A stretch of DNA of 63,598 nucleotides, the filler included, from Octopus bimaculoides (lineage: Eukaryota): assembly GCF_001194135.2 (NCBI RefSeq). It is 6 parts of 6 records of this genome, joined end to end, with 100 filler letters (N's around TTAATTAATTAA, not from the genome) between each part and the next. Parts side by side here need not be neighbours in the genome. Positions count along the whole stretch, not along the records: positions 1 to 26,751 come from NC_068993.1; 5 more parts are not named here. One strand, written 5' to 3'. Positions 11,703 to 24,855 of the stretch are shown one piece after another. Below the pieces are notes generated by a model. The model did not search any database. It saw only the letters and a program-made list of their open reading frames with translations, and had not been told where the DNA came from. How positions within the stretch are numbered: position 1 is the stretch's first letter; each line of letters starts with the position of its first letter. A program made the position numbers and the translations under genes.

Positions 11703-12106
11703 CTCTTAGTTGTTTCGACCATTTGACTGCGGCCATGCTGGGACAGCGCCTTGAAGGGTTTAGTTGAACAAATCGACCCTACTACCTATTTATTAAGTCT
11801 GATACTGATGCTATCGTTCCCTTTTACCAAACTGCTACGTTACAAGAAAGTAAAGAAACCAACACCGATTGTCAAGCGATGGAGACCATCACAAAGACAC
11901 AAACAAACACACACAGTCTTATGCACATACACACGCACACACACATACACACACACATATGGCGGGTTTCATTCAGTTTCCGTCTCCCAAATCTACCTAC
12001 AAGGCATTCATCAACCCAGGGCTATAATTAGAACACACAGTGGGACTGAACCTAGGACCATGTGGTTGCGAAGCAAACTTCTTATCACACAGCCACGCCT
12101 GCGCCT
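11703..12106 (-). mobile_element. SINE family A, near full length
   Basis: Head, internal (CA/TG)n and tail ...ccagcatggccgcagtc all present. Confidence 0.8.
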
Positions 12107-13505
12107 AATATTTAGATATTTCTCAACTCCTATACTATATACAATATGGTTTATGAATATTCCTTTTACCAAATTGAAGGTGGGAGGAGGTGCAACTGCC
12201 GCGGCAATTCCGAAAGAAACAGACCAAACATGGTTTGAAAACTGCTGCTAAGATACATTTGTGTGCGAAAATAATTGGGCCGAAACGAAGAGGAATTTCA
12301 TCCCACTTCTTAAGAATTAGAATTTCATTATCTTAGCAACTTAAGTGTGAGACGTAGATGAGGCTGGTGGACGTGCTGCTAGGGAAAAAAACCTGTCTAA
12401 CGATTCACATTCAGCCTTATCGTTTATGTTCTGAAGTAAATCCCATGATATGAAAAATAATTAACCAAGAGTTAAACGGTTAAAAGTTGAAATATAAATT
12501 ATATACAATTATCTTTGGTTTCTCTGCGATATGAACGAAGGTAAATCATTTACAAGCGATAATATGACTGATTGCTTTAAGAATCTCTTTGGTACAATCA
12601 GCAAAGTGGTCCTTCGCCATATTCCCTTATGTGGCTGGATTCCCGCGAGGGGAGCCCTTGAGTTTTTCCTCTCCCACGAGTGTTTCGAAATGTTTCATAT
12701 ACATGTACATACACACAACCACACACACACATACATATCTTCTACGTGTTTCAGTTCATATATATATATGTATGTATATACATATACGTGTGTGAGCGTG
12801 TGACATAGCACTGTGAAAACTACTACAAACTATAAAGTATTATTCTTTTGAAGAAAGGAAGAAGAAACTAAAAGATATTGATTATTTATTATATTAAGAA
12901 ATATAGAGAAGAAGAAAAGAAGAACAAAAAAATAATAACAGGAAATAAAACAAGACAAAGGGATCTTTGAACTGTTCTAAAGTGACTCGGACAAAAAGAA
13001 CAAATTTTGCCCACCACTCGAGCAAATAAAACGTAAAAGAAATTGGACAATCTTCTATCTCCTAGCGAATCGACTCATTTTTGGTTTTGGTTTCACTCGG
13101 CAGCACAACTGTTTTAAGTCCACTAAACAGCAGTATAGAGAGTTGATATTAATAATAGAATCACGAGGTGTCTGCAGAAATATTGATGGAATTAGTTAAA
13201 GGAGAGAAGACTTGCTCATTTGCTGTTGCCTGTCAATATTAGTAGAAGGCACATTGAAGTCGAATAACTTCTCTTTACATCAAACTTATTGGTTATAGGT
13301 GTGATGCTGAGAAAACACACACACACACACACACTGACGCATACACGCAGAGACGGAGACACATGCATACACACACACACACACACACACACTGACCCAT
13401 ACACGCAGAGACGGAGATACATACATTTACACACACATATCATCAGAGGTATAGTTATTGTCAAACATACGTTAGACACAAACATTACCATTTTATATAT
13501 GTATA

Positions 13506-13579
<74 letters not shown>

Positions 13580-13760
13580 CACACACAAACACACACACAC
13601 ACACACATACATACATATGCATGCAGAACGCTTTGTATCCGCACACACGCTTCTAGATTGACACGTGGGAAATAAAAACAGCAAACTGATGATATCGTGG
13701 TATCTTAACCATTTTTCTTTCATGATAATGGTAATACATTACTACCACTATTACAACCCT

Positions 13761-13800
<40 letters not shown>

Positions 13801-14304
13801 GACGCTATTGTCACCACTGCCACCATCACTACTACAATTTCTACTTCTACTACCACCACCACACCATCACTATTACTGTTGTTGTTCTTGTTGCTGTTGT
13901 TTAATTTTTGTTGTTTATTTTTTAAACAATAGCGAAAACTGAAAATGAGAAGAGGAGAAAATAGTGTGACAGAATCGATAATACGTTGCGTCTTGAGGAA
14001 CTGGTTTTTGGTTGGCAGAAACACATTCAATCTGCCATTGATTGACTGATAGCACTTCCTCTTTTGATCATCGATGTTATTGTCTCTCTCTTACGTGTTA
14101 CACCTTGTTTCTTCGGCTGACGCAAAACATGAACAAAGAATACAAAAGGAAGTAAGGTGAAGTCACTATGTAATGCACCCCCCACACCCCATACCAGTCT
14201 TTGAGATTTTATATTGGAAAAAGATAAGGGATTTTGTGGTAATATGTTTCCAACACGGCTACTGTCATCACCGAGGACATAGCGACAACAACAAAGAAAA
14301 TTGC

Positions 14305-14372
<68 letters not shown>

Positions 14373-14375
14373 TAA

Positions 14376-14577
14376 TGCCCTGATGCAGTACCAAGCAGTG
14401 GCTCACATGGCTTCTCATTTTAACTGATTGGAAGTGTTATCATGTACATTGTTTTGTCTTGGTATAAAAGATGGGCTACAGCAAATATTCTGCTTAATAC
14501 TACAGATTTGCTTGTCAGTTGCTTGATCTTAACCAGTTGAGCATGTCCCTTGGTAGCTGACGATATGTGTATCTCTG
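14376..14577 (+). mobile_element. ~555-bp TAA-associated element, copy 1 (runs into gap)
   Basis: (AAT)n then TGCCCTGATGCAGTACC...; same start as 28659 and 37711. Confidence 0.85.
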
Positions 14578-15289
14578 NNNNNNNNNNNNNNNNNNNNNNN
14601 NNNNNNNNNNNNNNNNNNNNNNNNNNNNNNNNNNNNNNNNNNNNNNNNNNNNNNNNNNNNNNNNNNNNNNNNNNNNNNNNNNNNNNNNNNNNNNNNNNNN
14701 NNNNNNNNNNNNNNNNNNNNNNNNNNNNNNNNNNNNNNNNNNNNNNNNNNNNNNNNNNNNNNNNNNNNNNNNNNNNNNNNNNNNNNNNNNNNNNNNNNNN
14801 NNNNNNNNNNNNNNNNNNNNNNNNNNNNNNNNNNNNNNNNNNNNNNNNNNNNNNNNNNNNNNNNNNNNNNNNNNNNNNNNNNNNNNNNNNNNNNNNNNNN
14901 NNNNNNNNNNNNNNNNNNNNNNNNNNNNNNNNNNNNNNNNNNNNNNNNNNNNNNNNNNNNNNNNNNNNNNNNNNNNNNNNNNNNNNNNNNNNNNNNNNNN
15001 NNNNNNNNNNNNNNNNNNNNNNNNNNNNNNNNNNNNNNNNNNNNNNNNNNNNNNNNNNNNNNNNNNNNNNNNNNNNNNNNNNNNNNNNNNNNNNNNNNNN
15101 NNNNNNNNNNNNNNNNNNNNNNNNNNNNNNNNNNNNNNNNNNNNNNNNNNNNNNNNNNNNNNNNNNNNNNNNNNNNNNNNNNNNNNNNNNNNNNNNNNNN
15201 NNNNNNNNNNNNNNNNNNNNNNNNNNNNNNNNNNNNNNNNNNNNNNNNNNNNNNNNNNNNNNNNNNNNNNNNNNNNNNNNNNNNNNNNT

Positions 15290-15333
15290 AAGCATTTCGC
15301 CCAGCGCACTGACGATCCTGCCAGCTCGCCGCC

Positions 15334-15334
<1 letters not shown>
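15290..15334 (-). mobile_element. SINE family B head
   Basis: Reverse complement aggcggcgagctggcag...gcgaaatgct, adjacent to (TAA)n. Confidence 0.75.
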
Positions 15335-15383
<49 letters not shown>

Positions 15384-16303
15384 CATAATAATAATAATGG
15401 TAGTAGTTACTGGATCAATACTTGTACGAACAACGGTAACGGTAATAACACATATTCGATACGGTGCAGACACTTCTTCTATATGTAAACACACACAGAG
15501 ATACTTCTAAACTATTAATAACATAGCTACAAAAATGGCGCTACATATTCAAAGCGAAGCGATGAGTTACCAATAGTCTACGAAGACAGGCATATCAGCG
15601 TGTTTTATAAACCATTCTATCTTTTCTGGCGTTAACTAAAGCGGTTTTTGCCTTTTTGAACTCACCAGTTCTCTTCGTCTCCTCCGTATAACCTCTTCAC
15701 TCGGTGTTAAGGTAACAACATCTTAGCTAAGCAGACATTTTGCTCAACCTTTCTTCCTCGTTAATGTATCTATCGGACATAATGTCCCTGCCTATGTTCC
15801 CTCGCCAAACTGCAACCGGTGAAACATCAAAGTAAATATATGCTTCTATCAACCTAATTAATCTCTCCATTCATCCATTCATGTGTTATTTCGAACTGAC
15901 ACACTTCGTGAACTCACGCAATGTGTGTGTGTGCGTGTATATATATATATATATATATATATATNNNNNNNNNNNNNNNNNNNNNNNNNNNNNNNNNNNN
16001 NNNNNNNNNNNNNNNNNNNNNNNNNNNNNNNNNNNNNNNNNNNNNNNNNNNNNNNNNNNNNNNNNNNNNNNNNNNNNNNNNNNNNNNNNNNNNNNNNNNN
16101 NNNNNNNNNNNNNNNNNNNNNNNNNNNNNNNNNNNNNNNNNNNNNNNNNNNNNNNNNNNNNNNNNNNNNNNNNNNNNNNNNNNNNNNNNNNNNNNNNNNN
16201 NNNNNNNNNNNNNNNNNNNNNNNNNNNNNNNNNNNNNNNNNNNNNNNNNNNNNNNNNNNNNNNNNNNNNNNNNNNNNNNNNNNNNNNNNNNNNNNNNNNN
16301 NNN

Positions 16304-16454
16304 GGTAAGAAGTTTACTTACCAACCACAAGGTTCAGGGTTCAGTCCCATTTCGCGGTACCATCGAAAGTATATTCTACTATAGGTCCGAGTTAAACAAA
16401 GACTTGCGAGTGAGTTTGGTACACGGAAACTGAAAGAAGTCCAACATGTGTGTG

Positions 16455-16503
<49 letters not shown>

Positions 16504-16680
16504 GTTTGTGTCTCTGCCCCCGTTACCGCTTGATAATGGGTGTTGGTTTGTTTACCTCTCCGTAACTTATCGGTTTAGCAAAAGCGACTGATAGAATAAA
16601 TACCAGGATTATAAGGATACGTGTTGAGGGTCGGCTCCAGCATGGCCGCACTCCAGTGACTGAATCAAGTAATAGATAAC
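16304..16680 (+). mobile_element. SINE family A
   Basis: Head, internal (TG)n at 16450-16500, and tail. Confidence 0.8.
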
Positions 16681-17695
16681 TGATAAACATCAAAAACAAA
16701 AAGAAAAACATAAACAGGACATTGAATGAACGGATGTTGACATTTATATGTTATATTATGAGCGCGTCGAAACATGCTGACATGTTGCAGTAATTCTCAA
16801 TGTGATGTGTAATACCACCGAAGTACGACATAAAGTTGATTAATTCTAACGCATAGTTGGTTATTAAATTCCAGCAGCTCTAGATATGAGAGATATTAAA
16901 GTGAATACTAAATTATGTAACGTTATGGGCTTATAAAGTTTAATTAATTTAACTAAGATTTACAGTGACAGTTAAATACTGCTACCTCTATAGTGATGAC
17001 AAAATTCATTATTTTGATTAATTCTGACAAGTAAAGACACGGGAGACAACTTCGGAATTAAAATTATAATCATAAAACACAAATGTGGTAGAAAGTGTAT
17101 ATATGATATTCGTCAAGTTGAGCGATAACCCTGCTCTGTTTTGATCTTATTGCAGTTCATCAGCGAAGTATCTAACCAGACTTTAGATAAATTGAAGGAT
17201 ACATTAATTTTTGATAAAGAAATAGTACGTGGCAGAATAACTTAGAAGACTAATTGGGGTGGACATTCCTGAAGACCCCTGCTACAAGAAATCATACAGC
17301 AAAGTGCACTCTCAACGTACTGAATGGTGTGAGCCAAAGAACTTTAATTGATTAATATTACATCCGCAATGAAGGGTGACACAGCATAATCTATAATCGT
17401 CGTTTATAGATAGAAACTCCCCAGAAAACTTGTCCAGTCATGTGCTGGAAATATAAACATGAAGAAACGGCAAACATAGTGTATTATTCTCGACTAATCC
17501 GCTGACACTCGTTGACGCTGCATCGAAGAGGCCAGGGAACAGAAGAAAGAAGACATGCACTCAACACCAGAGCTGAAGATACCTACGAAAGAGGGGGGGC
17601 GCCACGTCAAAACAGTAGAGGAGTAGGGGCCGAAACCGGACGTGGTTCCTCCTGATGATGCCTTGAGCTAACTGGATCCTATAAAGGACCCTCAT

Positions 17696-17956
17696 GAGAC
17701 TATAGTAGAAGACACTTGCCCAAGGTGCCACGCAGTGGGACTGAACCCGGAACCATGTGGCTGGTAAGCAAGCTATTTACCACACAGCCACTCCTGCGCC
17801 TATCTTTACGTTCTGAGTTCAAGTTCCACCGAGGTCGCCTTTACCTTTCGTCCTTCTGGGGTCGATAAATTAAGTACCAGTTAAGCACTGGGGTCGATCC
17901 AGTCGACTGGCCCCCGCCCCCAAAATTTCGGGCCTTGTGCCCAGAGTAGAAAAGAA
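17696..17956. mobile_element. SINE A head (minus) fused back-to-back with headless SINE B (plus)
   Basis: 17696-17801 is a reverse A head; 17802-17956 reads tctttacgttctgagttcaag...ggggtcgataaattaagtaccag...gtagaaaagaa. Confidence 0.75.
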
Positions 17957-18408
17957 CGTGAAGTTCCAGTTCTAGCGTGGGAAGACTCAACTTGAAGAAT
18001 AATGGGTTCAATCAAGTTTAAGTGCCTGAGACGACTGAATCTCCATGCTGACGACTGTCTACTTTATTCATTCACCCGATCTGTCTGGGTGATGCCACAC
18101 AGATATAAACACATTGGACGTTTTATGCCTTCGCCGTGTGCCACATATTTAGTGACAACGGACGATGTTATATTTATGGTCATTAAACTCTTAATAGATT
18201 TCACATCACTTCGCGATGCAATATTGACTAAAATAAATTTGTCAGTCGGCGTAAGGTGAGAGAGAAAGAGATAGAGAGAAGGGGAAGAGAGACAGAAACA
18301 GAGAATTGAGTGTAAAAAACAACATAAGAATGATTGCTATCTCATATTAAAATATTAAAATATTTCATTCCACAAAAAGACTAAAAATAAATAATAATAG
18401 TAATAGCC

Positions 18409-18456
<48 letters not shown>

Positions 18457-19467
18457 GAGATGGGAAAATATTAATAACCATAAAAATAATAACAATAATT
18501 ATTAATATTTTGATTGTTAATATTGTTATTATAAGGATGATAATAATAATCAGTCTTAATAAATTTATTATTGAAAATATGTCTTGATGGAAGCAATATT
18601 TTTATATCTCATAAGACGTTATATCAGATAGATAAGTAACCTTTCACCAACAAATAAATAAATCAAGCGATCGATCACCCATATACCACCTCGAAGAAAT
18701 ATTATAAAACAGAAAAATTTAGTATTTTCATCTCTCTATCTCATTCACTTCTGCCTTTCTTTTTTGCGCTTAATTTGTTGTTTTTTTCTTGCCGCTTCTC
18801 TCTGTCTGTTGGTCTCTTTCTTTCTGTTCCTTTATACATATATACATACATATTGCCTTTAATTCTGTTATTAATTTAGTCAGTAGACCACGGTGATACT
18901 GGGGTATTACCTTCAATGGCTTCAATCAATTATATCGACCCCAGTATTTAGTCTGCTGCACCTTTTATCGATCTCTCATTACATGTCTTTAGAGTGTTAC
19001 CTAGTTTTGTAAACTTAAATGCCATAAGATATTTACACCGATTTGATCGTCAAACAGAGAGCCGTACTGAGGCGATGGTATAAAGAACGAGTACAACGAC
19101 CAGTGTTTGATGTTGGGAGGAACTACGATGAACTTAATGCAAACACCTTTAAAATCAGAGACAACCATCATATGTACTGTTTTAGATGTAGAGGAAAAAG
19201 TATCGCATCCAACCCCATGATCTCAATAGTGTTTTGCTGAAAGCGACGGAATCGAAAATATTCAAATAACAGAGAATATCCTAGACAAGATTCCTACGTA
19301 CACCAACAAATAAAAGGGATATATTGCATGTTAACCCGAGAAATTTCATATTTCTGCAAAAGCCTTGATAGATTTTCACTTCTCCTCTTTTCATTATTAG
19401 CCTAATATTTTTTATGGAAATTCTAACCAAACATTGAATAAATAAACAAGGGGTGAAATTTTAAGAA

Positions 19468-19923
19468 CTAGATGAATTATTGGAGTAAAGGTTATTTGCC
19501 AACATATCATGGCAGTCCTGGTTTAGGACGAATATTGCTGTAATTTAACCCAAGGAGACATCGTCTCCAGCTGGCTATACGACACGATCTTTGTCCTTAT
19601 ATTTCCGAACAAGGGAATCTAGCACCTCCACTCAGCTCAAAACAATATCTGTGTATCGTAATTTCCGGGTTATTTCCCTTCATCAGCACAGAATAATTGT
19701 TCGGCTAGAGGTGGTGCTGCCAAATTCTCGTTCGAAATAGAAGGACACAGATCGTGTCGTATAGCCAGCTGGAGATGATGTCTCCTGGAGCTAAATTCCA
19801 GCAACATTCGTCCTAAACCAGGACTGCCATGTTATTTTGGCAAACAATCTTTACTCCAAAGTGCAATTGCTGAATATCTCTCGTTGTAAGATTTAGAAAT
19901 AGTAATTTTCTAGATGAATTATT
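19468..19923 (-). mobile_element. Fold-back retro-insertion with 14-bp TSD and hammerhead-like loop
   Basis: About 150-bp imperfect inverted arms spanning 19480-19859. CTAGATGAATTATT occurs at 19468-19481 and 19910-19923. Confidence 0.75.
19648..19692 (-). ncRNA. Minimal type I hammerhead ribozyme-like motif
   Basis: Minus strand TCTGTG-CTGATGA-A-GGG(AAATAA)CCC-G-GAAA-T(TACG)AT-A-CACAGA: 6-bp helix I, both core boxes, 3-bp helix II, 2-bp helix III. The helix II closing pair is non-canonical. Confidence 0.5.
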
Positions 19924-20802
19924 ATTCCGGTGATTTGAAGCACAGTAAAGATGAGCCGCACCAATTCGAAAATAAGGTGCAATTGCACCTTAGTTTTCAG
20001 ATATTGCAAAGGCTCACACGTTTATATTTGCGTGGACTGAAAACTAAAAAATGCAATATGAAATTTGTAAACTGAATTTATCCCGTGGGAAGAAAGTCGG
20101 CAGATTTTGAGGTTGTTGAAAAATACCTCTTAGACGTTTCCTGTATCGGTTAAAAACAGGATTTTGTTACGTTTTTAAGACGGAGTTGCAATGCACCACT
20201 GTATTTGATAATCCATCATTACCGGCAGGGAATTAGCGGGGCTGAACTTTATATATATGTGTGTGTATGTATGTGTGGAGAGGGTTGCATGTTTGCAGGT
20301 ATGCATGTGAACTGGGCCCTCATGAAAATATCGTTAGTTTCACTTTTACTTATTTGACCAAGGTTTCACAAAAGATTTGAAACGCACGTCTTGAAACCCA
20401 TCCTATTTGAATTTAATTACACAATAAAATAGTGTTTTTTTTAGCGTATGTTTTTATATATATTATTCATAATGTCCAAAGTAATTTTTTCCTAGATGTT
20501 TATATATATCGACTAATTCCGACTACTTACTGTTATTAACAATCATTGCTTTGTTTGGGTTATTTGTATCTTTAATGTACAAAAAAATAAATATACCATT
20601 TAAAAAAAAACATTTTGTCTTTTTAATGTTTATTTTTTATTCGATAAGGATTTTTGTTTGTTTGCTTTCATTGTGTATTATAATTCGTTGTATTTATTTT
20701 ATTTGTGTGTACATTGTGATAAACAGATTGCTGTAGATATTTGATATTTTTCTAACAATAACAGTAAACCTCTCTCTTTATATCTCCTTGCACGCATACA
20801 AA

Positions 20803-20881
<79 letters not shown>

Positions 20882-20903
20882 ATATGTATTGTATGTATGT
20901 ATG

Positions 20904-20943
<40 letters not shown>

Positions 20944-21649
20944 ATGTATAAACACATATGTCATAAAAAATATATATTTTTGTTATTGACAAGGCGTGAA
21001 ATTAATTGACTTTTGAGAGCGCTGAAAGATTAAAAAATAAACATATTTACTGCGTTCAATTATCAACACAAACCCTTGTTAGTTGAGTACCCCTGTTAAG
21101 TTTTTGAAATTGCGACAAAATTATTTATCAAATACTTTTCTTATTGGAAACGATCAGAAATTTACGTAAAGGGGTTCACATGAGATACATCCCTTTTCTG
21201 CCAGCAACCCGCCTTTTAATTTTCCGTTGATGTTACCTACTTTCAGCATTGATATTCATATCTCTGAGAATGCACGAATTCCACATAATCTCTTTTCTCC
21301 TATAAAATTGAGGTTGCTTTTATTGGCTGATATTCGATTCTGTGCTAAGACTGACTGAGCAGTTACAGCATTAAAAACATTATACACGAAGAGATCATAA
21401 TTTTTGTCGAGGAACGGTAAACAAAGATCTGCATTATAGAACCAGCACTTAAACCAGCAATTTGTGATTTGCAGGAGGTAGGATATGTGGCATGCAGAAG
21501 ATTAAAAGGTAGAATCTATAGCGTAGAGAAGATTCAAACGTTGAATATATGGTATACAGAGGCACGATAACATCCATGAAAGCAAATAAAATATGAAAAA
21601 AAAAAATGATGCGTAAAATTATATGCTATAACCGACTCAAGAGTTTAAA

Positions 21650-22380
21650 CGATTGTTTCATTGTGGGCACGATTTTCCAATACCTCATAAATAAGCATTT
21701 CCCCATAGACCAGTGATGCCATAGAAAAAAACTTTAATAAAATATTAATGAGGTACGTTATAAATGCATTAAAACCTTACTGCTTCCATAATATATACAC
21801 AGAAGAAATCTTTCTAGTAATTACATGCAAAATTCTTCTGCCCTATGTAATTCGAAGAACCCTAATATATTCCCATTCAACTATATGGAGATTTCCAAAG
21901 CATTAGCTTATCCAGTCTGTATGTCCTTCGCAGTTTAAAGTGAACCATAAAGGAATATACGGTTTACTTAAAATCCCTTTAACTGATGGTTCTTGCAACA
22001 TTTGTATTCATTCGGGTACCCAGAAGGATGCCTTATCACTTTACTATCCTAATATATCTATTTGATAGATCTAACTCAACGTAATTGTTCCTATGACACT
22101 AGTCTACATTCATATAGTCTTTAATTCCATACAACATCAATGTGAACTGGCAAACGATTACTTTGTCGGGAACTAGAACATTCTATTGTAACAGTCTGGT
22201 GTTTAGAGGTCCTTAACTTTCCAACTGCAAACCCAAAGAAATCAGAAATATAAAAGGAATATCTAGGAAAACATTAAAAAGATTGAATAAACTTCTAACG
22301 ATGGTACTGACCCAACCAACCATTCTAGGATACACTCAGAGGAGATCAGCTGTTGAAAACTCAATCATAGACCAACTTAC
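21650..22380 (+). mobile_element. Degraded CR1/L2-group LINE 3' remnant
   Basis: GYPEGCLITLLS*YIYLIDL resembles GVPQGS.LGPLLFLIYINDL. C-terminal PKEIRNIKG...QPTILGY..RRSAVENSIIDQ. Confidence 0.5.
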
Positions 22381-23589
22381 AGCCATAAAGTGACAACAAA
22401 ACTGATAGGAAATAAATTAAGTCGGCGCTCCAGCATGGCCGCAGACTCACCACTGAAACCATTAAAAGTATAAGAGAATACAGAGATCTTAAGACAAACT
22501 GCATGGGACGGGGATCCGGCCTTCGGTACTTAGTTTTATCCAGCGATGTCAAACAATTGTTACTGAATCTGTTAAACGTTTAACGACAATGTGATCAATA
22601 TAAGAAAAAATATTTTATTTAGTTTATTTAACGCTAAGTTATATTTTCGTGTAAAAACCTAATTTTGCTTCCTTATTTACATAAATTATTCAGCTAACAA
22701 GAGTTCTGCATCATCCATCAGATATTAAAATTACTTGGATGCTAAAATGTGGTTGAAACATAATTATTGTTTAAAGTTAGTTTAAGCTTTAAACCCTGTC
22801 GTTGTCTTTCAATGAAAGGATTCTATTCGAAGTGACAGTAAATATTTACAATGGATGTTTAATTAAAAAATGTACAAAATGCTATAACTTGCTTCAGGTG
22901 TTAGAAACCATTCATTCACCATGTTTTGTTGAAGAACAGACCCGAGTGAAAGGAAGAATTGGACGAATTTAAGATATTTTCTTTGCACTAATATTAAACA
23001 AACGAATATTCAAGCCAATTCTTTTCCTTTCGTGGACTCAACAACCGTGTATTGCATTTATTCCGAACAAGTACGAGTGCTGCCGAAAAAAATATTTTCT
23101 GAAAACAAGCAAAAATATTCCGTTTCTAATATAATATAGTTCATCATTTAAATACTCGAAGTGACTGTTACCGCATTTGGCATGATTATCCCCCAAATAC
23201 TTCAGATATACAATTAGGTCTTGTTTAAATAAATACTTCTCGGATTTAAACCAAAGCCGTCAAGTAGAGAGCAAACTATATTTTTTAAAAAAAACTCACT
23301 TTCAGACTATGTTGTCCCTCTTCTTTCTCCCTTTCTCCTCTCTCTCTTTCTCCTCTCTCTCTTTCTCTCTATCTATCTATCTCTCTTTCTCTCTATCTAC
23401 CAATCGATCTCTATCTTTCTCTCTCACAAACAGTCTCTCTCCTTCTCCACCTCTTCTACTTATTTCCCACCAATCCACAAATGGTTTATGGATTTCTTAG
23501 TCATTTCTTACCGGATTCTCTGAGATTCTCCGCATGTTTGTGTGTGCGCATGTGCGCGTGTTCGTGTAAGTGTGTGTTACGCCAGGTCA

Positions 23590-23680
23590 CTTCGGAGTGC
23601 TACTGGTAACATGTAACCCCGTACAACGTGCAGCACAGTCGGTTCGTCAGCAACGAAACTGGTAACCGCCATCCCCACCA
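23590..23680 (+). mobile_element. Second diverged copy of the RTE-like 5' motif
   Basis: Aligns by eye with 5538-5610. Confidence 0.45.
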
Positions 23681-24089
23681 AATCTCCTTGGTGAGGAAGA
23701 TGAATTTTGAACATGCTGCGAGATGAAATCAAGATCTGTTGAAGATCACATCAACTAATAAGAGTCAACAGCCAACCACTCGTGCACAGATGTACAGTCA
23801 TGCAAAATCTTGCTGACTTGAGGGTATCTTTTGGTGTGAAAAACCTACGAAAAAGGCACTCTCAAATCAACCCGACAGTTGAATTTAGTTGCTAGTTATT
23901 TGACAGTACATATCTCACTGGAATCCAGTGAGATGTGTTTTACAACCGTATGTCGCTCCAGTTCAGTGACGCTCAGATGTGTCATTCCATTTACGCCATC
24001 ATGTCTCTCTTTTAACATTTTGTATCACACGAAAGGGATAACACGAGCAGATTTAACCAGTTGGTTAATATACCCTCGTCTTTTAAGAA

Positions 24090-24235
24090 TCACGGTTTTG
24101 GGGAGCGTGGATAGTAGCTTGCTTCTCAACCATGTGGTTCCGAGTTCAGTCCCACTGCATGGCACCTTGGACACCTGTTTTCTACCATAGCTTCGGCCTG
24201 GTCAAAGGCTTGTAAGTATGTTTTGTAGACGGAAG
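24090..24235 (+). mobile_element. SINE family A head
   Basis: caaccatgtggttccgagttcagtcccactgcatggcaccttgg... Confidence 0.75.
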
Positions 24236-24540
24236 CGGAGAGAGGAGAAAAATGGAGACACAGCGAAGAAAGAAATGTGTAGGGAATAACGGTTCAACAT
24301 GATGAAATGACCGGAAGAAAGAGGCTGAGTGAAAGGGAGATAATAACGGTGACCCAGCTGAACTAAGGTGCACAAGTGCGTGTGTGTATGTAAGAATGGT
24401 GTGTGTGAGTGTGTATGTGTGAATGGGAGTGAGCGCCTATGAATGTGTGGGTGAGCTTAAAATTAAGTGGACGTGTGTGTACGTATGGGAGCGCGTGCAT
24501 GCACACGTATGTGTGTGTGTTTGTGTAAGTACATATATAT

Positions 24541-24790
24541 ATATTGTATAAAAGATCGTGGGTAAAGCCAAAACAATGCGAAGTAAATGCAAGGTAAATC
24601 ACACAAGAAAACAAATATGTGAATTAATGTTGCCGGCAACATTCGGCAATTTCTTGAAAATGAGGCCATAACCCCGAAATATTGAATACATGTTAAGTCT
24701 ACATTAATTCATATATTTGTTTTCTTGTGTGATTTACCTTGCGTTTACTTCGCATTGTTTTGGCCTTAACCACGATCTTTTATACAATAT
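24541..24790. mobile_element. Fold-back MITE with 90-bp TIRs
   Basis: 24541-24630 versus 24701-24790 inverted, 4 mismatches counted; 70-bp spacer; inserted in TA-rich repeat. Confidence 0.85.
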
Positions 24791-24815
24791 ATTCTACACA
24801 ATGCTTCATAGTAAT

Positions 24816-24855
<40 letters not shown>

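Noticed and set aside
12531-12803. 90-aa ORF and an antisense MAKDHFADCTKEIL start
   Set aside because: The ORF ends in microsatellite, has no homology signal and has weak splice support.
17570-17670. CTGAAGA / CCGAAACC / CTGATGA hammerhead-like boxes
   Set aside because: Helices I and II do not form convincingly; at most a decayed Penelope remnant.
20011-20029. Possible 19-nt minus-strand micro-exon (SPRKYKR)
   Set aside because: Too short to distinguish from chance without RNA data.
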